Part shown: one piece after another, positions 10,177 to 22,800 of the stretch
How the letters are laid out: every line of letters starts with the position of its first letter
Position numbering within the stretch: position 1 is the stretch's first letter
From: Vermamoeba vermiformis
Lineage: Eukaryota
Direction of reading: 5' to 3'
DNA: 64,000 bases
Assembly: GCA_045837725.1 (NCBI GenBank)
Contig: JBEWZL010000302.1
Span: 1 to 64,000, forward strand
The notes under the pieces: generated by a model
The model's database searches: none
What the model saw: only the letters and a program-made list of their open reading frames with translations
Told to the model about the DNA's origin: nothing
Position numbers and translations under genes: made by a program

Positions 10177-11258
10177 TTACACAAGACCAGTATTAAGTGC
10201 TGATTTTATACCACTGTAGTCGCCAAACGGCATTACTAAGCACATTCCACGGCCGTAGTCTTGGCCATCGATGTGTGGCTTTGATATTCCCTCCATATTT
10301 ACAGCCATAGTTTTGAACGTCTCAGTGATGGCACGAATATCACCGTTAACTAATTTGAATCGCTTTTCTAGATTTTCAAAGTGTCGTTCAAACAGCGTGT
10401 CCACGAGTTTAAACAGGCCGATTCTCTTAAGTTCGTCAGCAAAGTCAGCCATTCCTTTCACAGACCGAAGAGATGCAGTAGATACAATGCCTTCTCTTCC
10501 ACCCAGCGGAGTCCAAGCGCCGACATGATAAGACCACGTGTTGATTCCCCCGCGCTCGTGTTTCACAGGTTCCTTTGGATTTCCGTAACGGTCCGTGCAA
10601 AGCCCTTTACGGAATTTAGCCATTGCTTGTTGCACAGCATCGATAACATTATCAGGAATTGCGCCCTTAATAACTTTAAGCAAAGTTCGGTCTTGTCGCG
10701 GGATCCCGGGCTCCTTCCATAAAACTTGCTTGTCGCCGTCGATTACAGTAAATTTTGCAATGTCAAATCGATCTCCATACACTATTGCTTCTTCTTGAGT
10801 TCCCTTCCATACAGGAACTCGGTGGATCGTTAATCGGGAAAAATAACGATCTGCTCTAAAATAAATTTTGCATTAATTATTATAATTAATATATAATATT
10901 CTTACTCTGAATCTCCATCCTCCTCGCAGTCACTCACATAATTGACCGAAAATTGGTCAACATCGCTAACACTAAATTTTTTACTTAATATTGCATTATT
11001 AATAGCCAGTATATTTTTATTAATCATTATTATATTATTATAAATTAATTATTAACTTGCCTCGTCACTACTTGAAGCTCATCTGGAAGATCCAACAGCG
11101 GTGCAGATTCATTTACCAGACGATACAGTAAGCAACGTGCACTCTTAATGATAAATAAAATAAGCACTAAAATTGCAATATACATCATTTGTGGTCGACG
11201 GCCCGATCTCGTAGATAAAATGAACGGCAATTTTTTGGACTTTAACATATAATATCAT
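10177..11258 (-). CDS. TET/JBP-family 2OG-Fe(II) dioxygenase-like protein, apparently lacking its C-terminal part
   Basis: RGGINTWSYHVGAW...FKTMAVNMEGISKPHIDGQDYGRGMCLVMPFGDYSG matches the TET/JBP-type N-x5-6-HxD-x2-D...G-x-Y/F-x-G pattern. Upstream exons splice in frame, one via an AG|GCAAGT GC-AG intron at 10972-11060. No exon with the distal His and 2OG-binding Arg found. Confidence 0.7.
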
Positions 11259-12291
11259 GGAGTTAGCTTTGAATTTTTCTGCCACCAAGGCTATTTTTTG
11301 TATGTGATACAGATGCAGCTAAATTTTAATTTTTTGTGATTTTTTACACTTGCAAGCCACCACTGCCTGTTTTTCACAACCTTTGTACCCAATTTGGAAT
11401 AACTCATTTTTTTATTTATTGTTCTTGGCAAAGGGTGACTCAGGACAATTTGGACTGCCTTGAAGCCATCATGTCACAGTCTCCAGCGTAGGCATAACAG
11501 ACCAAAGAGACAAAGCAACCTGCCACCATTAACCATGTAAAGAAAAACTAACAATCAAGTAGTCAGAGTCAACATTGGTTCCAGGAAAGAGGTAAAAACC
11601 TAAAATAGTAAGGCAATTATAATAAATCAATTGAAATTTTGTTATGAATAAGTTTCATTGGCAATTGCTTCTTCCATGTAGACACAGAGTGTGTTTTCAT
11701 TTAATCTGCTTGTTTATAATTTGTTTTCACTCTCTATCAAACTCTTGATTGCTTCGCTGCAGACAAAGTCAGATCTTACAAAGCAACAAGGGGTACACAG
11801 ATTTTACAGAGAAGTAATCTCTTATTGTGCAACCCTCATGCATTTCTGGCTCCTGGACTTCACAGAAGAACCAAAAAAACCCAGGGCTTAACAAAACTGT
11901 TTTTTTGGACAAACTAGATTTAATTTTCAACTAGTATTTCACAACCCAGCACAACCAATAGAGCTTGATGTAAGGGTTGATTTGGAATGCTTATTAGTGC
12001 TGTTATAACATAAGAAACAATGCCATGCAAGCCCTCAATCAGCTTTAGTAATATTTGGGCACCAGGGCAGCAGACCAGCACCATCTATAGACATCATAAA
12101 AGTTTATTTCAATATTTCTAGTGTCAATTCAACTTCATAATACTTAGAAAGCAAAATTTTTTGATAAATCCTTATTTGAAAGCATTGTAAAGATATGAAT
12201 GGTAGGTGAGAGCAATGTAGAAGAAATACAATCCACCTGCAATAAACAAATGTACGGAAGAATAAACATTTATTTCTACAAGAGAATTGCT

Positions 12292-14106
12292 TCAATTGTC
12301 TTCAAATTCAAATTCCAGCTGGTGTAAAGCAGAAAAGGCAGCTTGATACACTTCTTCTGATATATGAGTTTGAAGCTGTTCCAAATAATCAATACAATGT
12401 GTCACTTCAAGATCATTCTGCACTACATCAAAGTAGCCATGATCTCTGCTGGATGTAAACAGTTTATCAATGGCTTTCAAAGCATCCAAGAGCACAGGAA
12501 TTGTAACACTGGTACTTTGCTTAAATAAGAATGAAAAATATGATAATGCTCCCAATTCTACCAGCTTTTTGCATTGCTGTGCATCTCCATCAGAGATCAT
12601 ATTGACAACAATGCACAGCAATCCAATTTCAACATTAGTTATGCTGGCATTAGGGATTAGAATAATTGGCATCAACTCACTGTCAAGCAATAGTTGAATG
12701 CAAATTGGATTCGTGGCCAAGTTAGCTAACAAATGGTGTGTTCTGGCACGAAGATGTCTATTTGGGCTTTGTAAGAACACTTTGCATGTACCAAATAGAT
12801 TTGGATTCGTCATTATTTCGGTGTCTGTTGTAGAGTTGCCACAGAGACTAATGGTGTCCAACAATTTAAGACTCGCCATTTTAACATTGGTATCGTCGAA
12901 CGATCTGTGGTGGATGTATTAACTGGTGAAATAGTTCGATTCAAAAACTTACAAAAGGTCGACAAGTCTGCTACAGACTGGCTTGATTTGTTCAAGCACT
13001 CTCTCTTGCACGATACTTGACAGCGCATCGCACGCTGCTGCAATCTGTTCGTGATCCGAGCTCGTTGCAATGATTTTGAGTATTGGTGATATTGCTGGCT
13101 CAAAAACATTCAACGCACAATTTTTAAAATCGATTAACGACAAGACTCGCAAGCAAATGACAGACATCTTCAGAATTACACCGTCAAGAGCCAATGTGTT
13201 GATTATAGTGCGTATGAGCTCTTCGTTGTTGACTACTTTAGCCGAAATCCCCTTGAGAAGCAATTAGAATTGAGCGCAGTGCACCATAGTCAACGTACCT
13301 TCTTTTGTCCCGACAATTGATTCGATAAACCCCACAGAGCACTGTACTTGACATCACGCGACTTTGTAGTCATTATTAGCTTGATCAGCTTTTCGGCGAA
13401 TTTAACGTCAGGATCAAAAGCGAGCACTTCAATACTGGCTATCTACATTGGTATTAGGCTAAGATTCAGTCATTAAATGTCTTACTTGTAGGGTTGGACA
13501 ATCGTGCACGTCTACAAACTCAAGTATTCGAGGCAGAATTGTGACTGTAGCAATTGACTTCGCGATCGGATCTGGCGTCACACCGTGTGCATCTAATAAA
13601 TGTTAGCACAACTCAACTAAAGTCACCAATAGTACCTGTTTCTAAAATACGGCTCAAATGGCATACAGCCCCGATATTTTTGTTTCTATCGTTTGAGGCT
13701 ACGTCTACCGCAATGTTCGAAGCATCCAGCGCAAATTGATTTCTTCGAAGTAGTGCTATGAGCTCACTCTTTGTAATTTGCTCCGAGGCATAATATAAAG
13801 AAAAACCGGCAGCTTGCCAAGCCGTTTTGGAGTGAAACTGCCGCCAAAATCTGCGTTCAAATTAAAAATAATTTAAATAAATCACGCAAAATTCCTAAAT
13901 TATTAAAACACCAAAACTTACGCTTTAGATGCTGCAGCAAGGGTTAATATCAATTTAGCGTTTGAAAAAACGAGCTTAATGAATAATCCAAGCAGATCGT
14001 CCACTTCAAACCATTGCACCGTGTCGCTCGAGGTTTCCGCAACCTTTATCCGCTTATTTGGTTCATCATGTTCACCTTCGCTGATATGTGAATGAGATCG
14101 CTTCAT
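12292..14106 (-). CDS. F-box-like N-terminus fused to importin-alpha-like ARM repeats
   Basis: C-terminal IDYLEQLQTHISEEVYQAAFSAL resembles the importin-alpha terminal ARM; ARM-like LLANLA and ACDALSSIV. N-terminal DDLLGLFIKLVF...LTLAAASKA/RFW is F-box-like. Confidence 0.65.
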
Positions 14107-14377
14107 TGCGGAGCCTTTCTTTCTTGCTGGTGCTCTATCAAAAATTTTTACAGAAATTCAAAGAACTCCGTTTTGACGCGGAACGTCCAGTAAAGGGACA
14201 CAATTTAAAATCCTTGCGAATATTACAAAAGTACCTCATAATCAATCGGTGTTGCCTTAGAAAGGTGCAGCGGATTGCCTGGCGCTAGAAACTCCTACGA
14301 AGTACACGAAAGAAGGGTATGCGTCTCTAACTGAAATTTACAAATTGGTATGTTTTAACAAGATTAGACTTGCTGGC

Positions 14378-16713
14378 TTAGCGGCTCTTGTAGCGCTCTT
14401 TCTTGATCTTCACTCGTGTACTCAACGAAGCTCCATTTAGACTACGCTTTTTGCACATGTTCACCGATAGGACAAACACCGATGTGAACACGATACAAAA
14501 TGACACAGAGCCAATCAGAGCTATTAAGAAGTAGGTCTTGAGCTCGTGGTTGAAACTAACTTCAAGCTGATCTATTCGTGCCATGAGTAGCGCTACATTC
14601 TTGTTAGCTTCTTGTCTACTTTCTTTCGTCTGAATTGATCGACATTAACAAGTGCATGTGTAACGATGACGAACTCTAAGACTCACCAGCAGATCCAGCC
14701 TGTCCTTTTGTCTCTCCACTTGAGTTTTCATTTTCGACATGTGCTTAATGATCTTCTCTAGCACGTGCTCGAAATGCGTCGAGTAATGCGTGTGAAGGTC
14801 CTTGACGTAATCGCCAGTGAGCTTGAGTCCGCTTTCAAGTTGTTTGACTGAGAACCAATTGTTAGATGATGCAACGAGGTAATTCAACGAAGGAAGCTTA
14901 CTTCGATCAACGAGACTAGAAAAGATGTTGTTCGTTTTTAGTGGCGCTTCCTCGGTCTTATTCTGCTTTTTAAGCTCGCTGCCTGGTCCCTCTTCAATCT
15001 TTTGATTGCGCTCGTCATCTTCATCGTCGTCGGTCACTAGAATTGCCGTCGAAACATGAGGCTCGAGCGGCGCTTCTTGCTTGGACTCGACTTGGCCTTC
15101 AGTCTTGTTGGGCTGCTCGACAATTGCATCGTCAGTTCCTTGCTCTACATGAGCATTCTTAGCCTCTGGAGGTTGAGGGTATTCAGGTCGCGTTTGTTTT
15201 CTTAGTAACAGCTGCGCTAAATCTGCGCGTATTAACTCCTCGTCATCTTCGTCGCCAATCTCGTCGCCGCTCTCGAATAGTGACTCGCCATCCAAGTTCT
15301 ATCGAAAGAACACATTACATAACGACCTAAATACGTGATATTGCAAGTACTGACCAAGAAGTCCTCTTCTCCATCGTCATTGAGGTACGCATCGGCACTA
15401 CTTCCGTTAGGTGACTTCGTGCCTTCAGTAGTCGCACCGACCTTCTTATCTCTGCTCGAGTCATTTTCAAGTTCCTGCTTCAACTGTTCGACGAGTGTCT
15501 GACCGTGAACTTTGACTTGCGAGATCGGGCAGTAGAACTCATTGCCGTAATGCGTCAACATCTTGATCTTAATGTACCTAACGAACAATGATAAATTAAC
15601 ACTCATTGCTCACTTTCAGCTCTCTTTGCTACGTACTTGAACCACGCAAGTTCAGGCAACTGGTAGTAATGTAGCTCGCGACTGTTGGGCGCAGTAAAGT
15701 TTCCAATCACTGCCCATTGTGTGACCTTAGTTAACGTAGCCTATTGTTAGCGAATAGCACTGTCATAGTATAAACACGTTAGACTTACCGGGTATCGATT
15801 GGATCCGAGCACTTGGTAGTTCTTGATGACCGAGCTGAAATACTCGTACGTGCCGATGGCTATAATATCGATGCCTATTTCTTCACAGAGCTCGATAATG
15901 ACGTACTAGTAATGATATTAGATTCGCGTTGTAAATAAATTGCTGTTAAATTACGCACCTTGGACTTGGCCGAACACGGATTCAACATGTACCTGTCTTT
16001 AGAGCTGGATAATATAGCTCCCACTTCCTAGTTAAACCATGTTTAGTTATAACTCGTGCGAATTTGAGCGGAATGAAAATGGTACGTACTCTGGCTTCGA
16101 TGTTAGATCGCAGCACTTTGGCACCACACTCCGCACTCGCAAAGTTAAATCGTTGAGTATTAGGCTCACGATTATTATAAGCACTACTAGTGCTTTGTAT
16201 TCTGCTCTCGATTGGTTGAGGAGCTGCGGGAAAATCCGCACGTTGTCCATGACTTTCCTTATGCTGGTTATTATTTACATTATCAAGGTCTTGATTATTG
16301 AGGCTAATCTTCTCTTTCGTAGCGTCGTGCTGAGATGCGTCTTTTTGTTTGTTTCTTGCATAATTCTCCATTGACTCAAATTCTACACTAATAATAAGAA
16401 AATCTTTCTTATATACAAATTTCTAATTACCGATTTTTTGTGGCCTTTCCTTTTGACAGATCTGATTAAATTTGGCGATCGAGAAAAATTTGTAATAATC
16501 CGCGGCAACGCAGATGGAATTATTTATCCCCCTCTGTGCAACAATAATTAGGCGCGTTATATTATAATAATCAACAAAATTGCTTGCCTTCACTCCCACG
16601 TCAGCATCCAAATCTGCCGTCAAAACTGGAGTAAACAGAATAACAAGGATGACTACCGAATTAAATAGTGTCGCTATATTAATTCTATGACCGGCTTCGT
16701 TTCGCTTCTTCAT
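14378..16713 (-). CDS. SLP1: Mid-SUN (Sad1/UNC-like) domain membrane protein, SLP1/SUCO family
   Basis: RFNFASAECGAKVL, IELCEEIGIDIIAIGTYEYFSS, RYIKIKMLTHYGNEFYCPISQVKVHG, LKQLE; N-terminal hydrophobic segment and C-terminal TM. Confidence 0.85.
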
Positions 16714-16944
16714 TGTGACGTGTTGTTGTGGTCATTTTTGATGCTTCTAATAATTAATTCAAACTTCGGTTGAAAGCAATAATCGAGATAACGCGTTATG
16801 ACGTCGCAGTGGACTATTTAATCATATGGTCCATGTTGAATTTCAACGTGACTGACGAGACCAAAAGCAGCTTCGTTTGAAAGAAACGCCATCCACCGAA
16901 ATTGATATCTCACGAGTTGTAAGAAGACCAACACTACTGTAATT

Positions 16945-18187
16945 ATGTCTGACGAGGAATTGCTGGACTTATTTGATGCAGAACCGGTTTACAATTATAA
17001 AACGGTGCCTAATCCAAAAGATGATTTTGCGGGCTTTAAAACGATTCAAATCACAGTATGTCTTGGTTTTAATTTATTTAATTATCAAAAATATTCTCAT
17101 GATTATTCTTAGGCCGATTTAAATATCGTGTTACCGTCGGAGCTGTGGATGTCGATCTTCGCTTTGCTTTCGGTGGAACCGCACCAAGTGTGGTGGAGAA
17201 TATTATCAGAAGTATCGAAGCACATTAATCACTCGCTCAAGCTGTATTTCAAACGGATCCAATTCTCTCGATTTAATTCAGCAGCAACAATCGCTGGCTA
17301 TTTAGCTGGCGAAGGCTACCTTCAATGCCTCCAATATGCACATGAAAATGGCGCCCGATGGGACGTGATTACATGCATCAGCGCTGCGCAGGGTGGTCAT
17401 TTATCTTGCTTGAAATACGCGCACGAAAATTCTTGCGAGTGGAACGAGGTGACATGCTACTACAGTGCTGCCAATGGTCACATCGAGTGCTTGAAGTACG
17501 CGCACGAACAAGGGTGTGAGTGGACCTTTACGACTATATTTTCTGCGGCCAAGAAGAACAATCTCGAGTGCTTGAAATATTGCTACGAAAACGGCTGTCC
17601 GCGCAAGCCCGAGAGCTCATACCATTATTATGACCAGAATGTCATGTCTATTGCAGCTGGCAATGGAAGTCTTGAATGCCTCCAATACTTGCACGAGCAG
17701 GGCGAATATTGGGACGAGGCTTTGCTTGCTGTAATGACAAGGTTTGGTCATTTAGACTGCGTAAAGTACGCTATCCAACAAGGTAAGATTCTTTCGATCA
17801 ACATCTTCCTCGGGTCTAATTGATGCACGTCTAGGCTGCCCCTATAACAAAGAAACAATATGCTCTCATGCTGCAGATGATTTGGAGTGCTTGATCTACT
17901 TCCACGAGCAAGGACATCCGTGGGATATTGCAAGTTCTGAGGCAGCGCGACAAGGGAACATTGATTGCCTAAAGTACATTCACGAACACGGAGGTGCGTG
18001 GATTGGTGATGAAATAACTTTGGCGTATCGATTCAGTTCGCTGACGTGTCTCATGTACGCATTCGAAAACGGGTGCCCTGTGCCAGCAGATCTGTGCAGC
18101 AATCGAGGCTACTATACACCCCAAGAAATCATTGACTATGCGCATTCTAAAGTCGAATGTACTTGTCCTCCTTACATTTTAGAATAA
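16945..18187 (+). CDS. F-box plus ankyrin-repeat protein (AAxxGHLxCLKYAHENGCxW type)
   Basis: LPSELWMSIF F-box-like start and about 8 ankyrin repeats; two GT-AG introns. Confidence 0.9.
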
Positions 18188-18221
18188 ATAAGTTTTATCT
18201 ATCTACAATAGGTACACGAGC

Positions 18222-19377
18222 TTAATGCTTGAAGGGTCCCTTCTTGGTAATAAACAAGACCAAGAACACAACACCAACAGCGAGGACAACGACAACAGCA
18301 ATGACGATGCCAGCGATGGCGCCACCAGAGAGACCACCGTTAACAACACCAAAGGAAGGATCGTGTCTAAATCCGTTTTCAAAGTGATCGTAAATCACCC
18401 ACATGCCCTTGCTATCATCACCGTTGTCAGAGTTCAACTTGTTCAAAGAAACGGAGAAATTTCTGCCGCTGGGGTACTCGATAGCGGTGGTGTTAATGGT
18501 GAAGAAAGCGTTGTTGTACTGGACTGCATCCGAAGACTACAATAAGCAATTAGCGAGTTGTAACAATAAATAGTAGATCCACTTACAGACTGAGTGCCAT
18601 CATTTTCGCTATCGCTACCAGTATCTTGCGAGTAGCGGAAAAGAAGAACCAACTTGGCATCAGATTGAGTAGAGACCCATTGGTAGTTGTCAACTTCGAC
18701 GTCAATTTTACCGTAGAGGGTACCATTATCAAAAGTGACACGATTTACGAATCTAAGCGTCGATTAGTAACTGGTTAAAGGGGTTAGGTCGGCGTGCGTC
18801 TCACCTCAACATTCCGTATTGGAGAGTATTGCCATGCTTTCCGTTATAAGAAGTGATGTTGAAGTAATACTCGGTGGTGTTTTCTGTTGTTATGTGAGTA
18901 GTCTGCCGATAATTTTCACTCTATAATGAAATTTACCATTATCAATCTCGACGACGGATGACCACTCCCAAGATTGGCTGGGCAAAGCAATGTTAGACTT
19001 TCCCAATTTCGTCAAACCATTTTGCCCAGTTTCGGCTTCAAAAAGCTAGTAAAAATGCGTTAGCCTTTTTTGTTGTTGGGATTGGATGTCATTATTCTTA
19101 TTTTCGGCATACTAATTTTAGTTACTTACTTGTTGAAAGCGCAATTGGTATTTGTTTCCAGCGTCAGATTTGGAATAGAAAGTGTAGGTGGGCACATTGC
19201 CATTTCCGGATACAGAGATGTGGAAGTGGTCATTATCGTACTCCCAATTGCCTTGACCACCTTTAGCTACAAACGGAATTAATATTTAATTAATTCGTAA
19301 CGTATTTAGATCTAATACGTACCAACTGCAACAGCAGTCAACGCGAGTAAAACAGCTAATACAAACCACTTGTTCAT
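18222..19377 (-). CDS. Type I membrane protein of unknown function
   Basis: Signal peptide MNKWFVLAVLLALTAVAV, several spliced exons, YDHF...HDPSFG then TM GAIAGIVIAVVVVLAVGVVFLVLF and short basic tail. Confidence 0.75.
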
Positions 19378-19856
19378 TGTTGGTAGTTGTGCGCTTCTTC
19401 TAAACTATTTAATAAATAAAACGAAACGAAATTGCAATTTAAACGTGTCAAAAAAACTTCGGCACGCAAGCCGACAATCGGTTGGCCAAGATTTTTCCTG
19501 CCGAAGCTGTGCCGACAAGTAGATCTCAACAAAAACTTAATTTACCCGTGTGTTTACAAACGTTTGACAGGTGTAATTAGATTATCGGCACCAATCTCCT
19601 AAATTTATGAGGTTAAATTACAAAAGCAACGAAAGTGCACATCCAACGCATCTCGACTCAGTTGAAACCAGCCAAAAAAAAATTAATAAGTTGTTTATGA
19701 CATTTCAACCGTTTGCATAAATGGCGCGGAGCTCAAAAATTAAAAGTTCGGAACGGATTTGAAATAAGTTTTGGTAACCTGAACTAAACACAACACAACT
19801 CACCCCTTTTTGCAAGAGTACCTTCATTTTATCGAACAACAATACATCAACATCAC

Positions 19857-22800
19857 ATGGCCTCTAGAGGAAAAAGAAAGGCTGTCAGCGAATCTGGTAA
19901 GTGCCTCAAAATTTATTTGGCAGCGTCCCATGTGGAAATTAACTATTATATTATTTTTAACGTACCTGAGTCGAGCTCTGTTACGATGTGTTAATTTTTG
20001 ATCTAGTGTCAAAACGCCCGCAAAAAAAACAAAAAATCGAGGAAAATGCGTTGTTTGACCTAGTAGACCCAAACGAAGGAGTAAGCTTTAAATAATACAT
20101 ACGCAAATTTTCTCCTTAAAAAAAATTCCTAAAATTGATTGCGTTTAGAGGCAACCTCCGAAAGAGGGCTGGATCAAGCTCTATGAGAAAAAATTCTTTG
20201 GTAAGCATTACGTACATCAAATTATGAGCTCACATTAAAAACAGTTTCGGATTTTCCTAACTATCGTTGCGGGCGAAACACAGCCCTTGATCCGAAACAA
20301 GTGACACTGTTCTTGTGGGAAAAGCTCTCAGTTTATTCAGGCGACAAGATGGTACGTTGGAAACTAACATCATGGCGCGAATATTTGCAGCTCTATTATT
20401 TCTTCGAAACATAATAGATTTTTGGCGCTAACTCCCTTGCAGGTATTTGTCCTGTCAAATGGGCAGGTCTATTATTCCTCGGACAATAGAAGCGATTGGA
20501 TGGCAACTGAGGTAATTTAAGCCAATCATAATTGCCTTCTAATCTAACCACGAGCAGTTTCCATACTCGGCCGACTTTGATCTGTTCAAGGCTGTGTTCA
20601 GTGGCACAAGTGGTCAGATTACATGCACCTACTACTACAACGTTAAGACGTATGTATAATTGATGATGATATTCTCAACGTAACGCAATCTGCATTAGGT
20701 TTGAAGATCTGATCCACAACAATAAAGTTGTACCGCACAAGTTCTTCATTTTCAAGCTCGTCAGCCACGAGATTAGAAACAAGTTCGAAATCATAACAAA
20801 GTAAGTCCTTGATAATGATGTTAAAGCGCTTAACGGTCACAGTTTGGACCCCAAGATTGAGCCCGTCGCGACCCAGCCCGTAGTGGCAACTAAGCAACGC
20901 AAGCCACGAAGACATGTCTGGTTCGACAACCAAAACACAGCGCAATTAACTAGCGCCGAGGTTCAAGCACAAGAGGCTGAGAACAAGCGTTTAGAACAAG
21001 AACGCGAGCAACGTCTCGCCGTTAAAAGTCTCTTTGGCCGCGAGCTGAACGAAGCTCACATCCCTCTTGTAAGTTATTATAACAATAATTAATTATCGAC
21101 ATGCTGATAAAATTACAGAGATGCAATAACCCTCAAAAACAACCGGATGGACTCAAGTTACAGTTGTATAAGTACCAGTTGGATGCGCTGACGTGGATGA
21201 AGATTGTTGAAGAAGATTCAGTTGCTTTGGGACTCAAGCACAGCACATTAGTACCGTGGAGGACTGGCGAGACGAAGATATTGTTTAATCTGATGGAGCA
21301 GGAATTCGTTGAGCCAAGCACAGAAAAATTACAAAAATATACAAAGAATTTGAAGCCCAAAGGTGGTATATTGGCAGATGAGATGGGCCTCGGCAAGACG
21401 TTGTCAGTATTGGGTCTTCTTTTGGCGCACAAGCACGATCCAAACAAAGTCGATTTGACTGCTGAAGAGGACACGAAATATTTCAGAACCAAGGGCACGT
21501 TAGGTAATGAACTATTTAAGACTTGGTGTACGCATCGCTAATAATTCAAATCAGTTATTTGCCCCAATCACCTCGCCAAGCAGTGGGCCGACGAGATTAA
21601 AAAACACACCGAACCAGCTCTTACGACGATCATTATCACCACGAAGGCTGAATATAAATCGTACTCGTACGGTGATATTCTCAATGCAGGTGCGCACATT
21701 CGGACGTACAATTAGGCCCTGTACTAACCTTGGATCCGTAACAGACGTGGTTATCGTTTCATTCCAGTTCTTTAAGAATCCAAACTACTTTTGGTTCACG
21801 AAGCAGACGAAGAGCAAGACAGTGACCGAGAAGTCTTTGAGTCACCGTGAAACTTGTCACAAGTCGGCCTTGACTGTAAGTTTCGAGCAAACTACATAAT
21901 GCTATCGTACTAATGCATTAACGATAGAGAGTCAGAAAATCGGCTTCAGGAGGCTTACAGATCTACGGTGCTGCGCTAGAGCACTTTCATTGGAACAGAA
22001 TCATCGTCGACGAAGCACACGAGATTCTAGACGATAAGTTCTACATGGGTACGTCCGATAGTACTATGTCCCTTAATTATAGCTGTTAAATATTCCATCA
22101 GGTATGTTGGCATTGTTGAGATCCAGTTATCGCTGGTACGTCACCGGCACTCCATTCCCTAATGCGTAAGTACTAGCATTGCCCTTTTTATCACCGCTAT
22201 TAACGCTTCAAAGCGCGGCTCTGTTGGGTGCATCAAAACTGATCGGACTCAACGAGGAATTTGGTGACATCGACGGCATTGCGAGCTTGGAGATCGTACC
22301 AAATGTCGCTGAGAAGCCAGTCTTCGATAAAGAACTCAACTTGTATTCGCCGCTCAAAGTGTCAGACACGATGTCCAACGCTGACATTTTGTACTGCCGC
22401 GTCGCCCATCGTGCGTACAGACGATGGTCATTGTTCGATTTGATGATCAACAACTTGTTCTGGCGGCACACCAAGGTAACAAAAACATCACTTTTAATTT
22501 CATTTTCTGGGCCAACAACTGACACTATTGTTCAGGTCAGCACAAAGGGCGAGTTAACTATCCCAGCCGTAGTGGAAGAACTCATCTTGCGTGACTTTTC
22601 GGACGTCGAGCGTGCGATGTACGTGAACGCACTCAAAGAAGGAAGTGAAAGTAAGTCATAACCTTGCCATTACCCTCTTTCAAGTGTTCTAACTATTGCC
22701 CGTAGTGCGACTTCGTCAATTGTGTTGTCACCCGCAAGTGAGCAGCGAAGACCGAAAGATTTTAGGTGAAGAGACCCAGAGCCTTGATGAAGTGCGCGAC

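Larger units (their letters stand above)
1..11258. mobile_element. Putative accessory/mobile island (left end outside window) with chromatin-related cargo
   Basis: Dense block of orphan genes plus H3 variant, TET/JBP-like gene, BRO-N-like gene, F-box/ankyrin gene and a palindrome array. No housekeeping genes; CpG-depleted flank. No transposase, capsid, TIR or TSD identified, so mobility is inferred. Confidence 0.45.
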
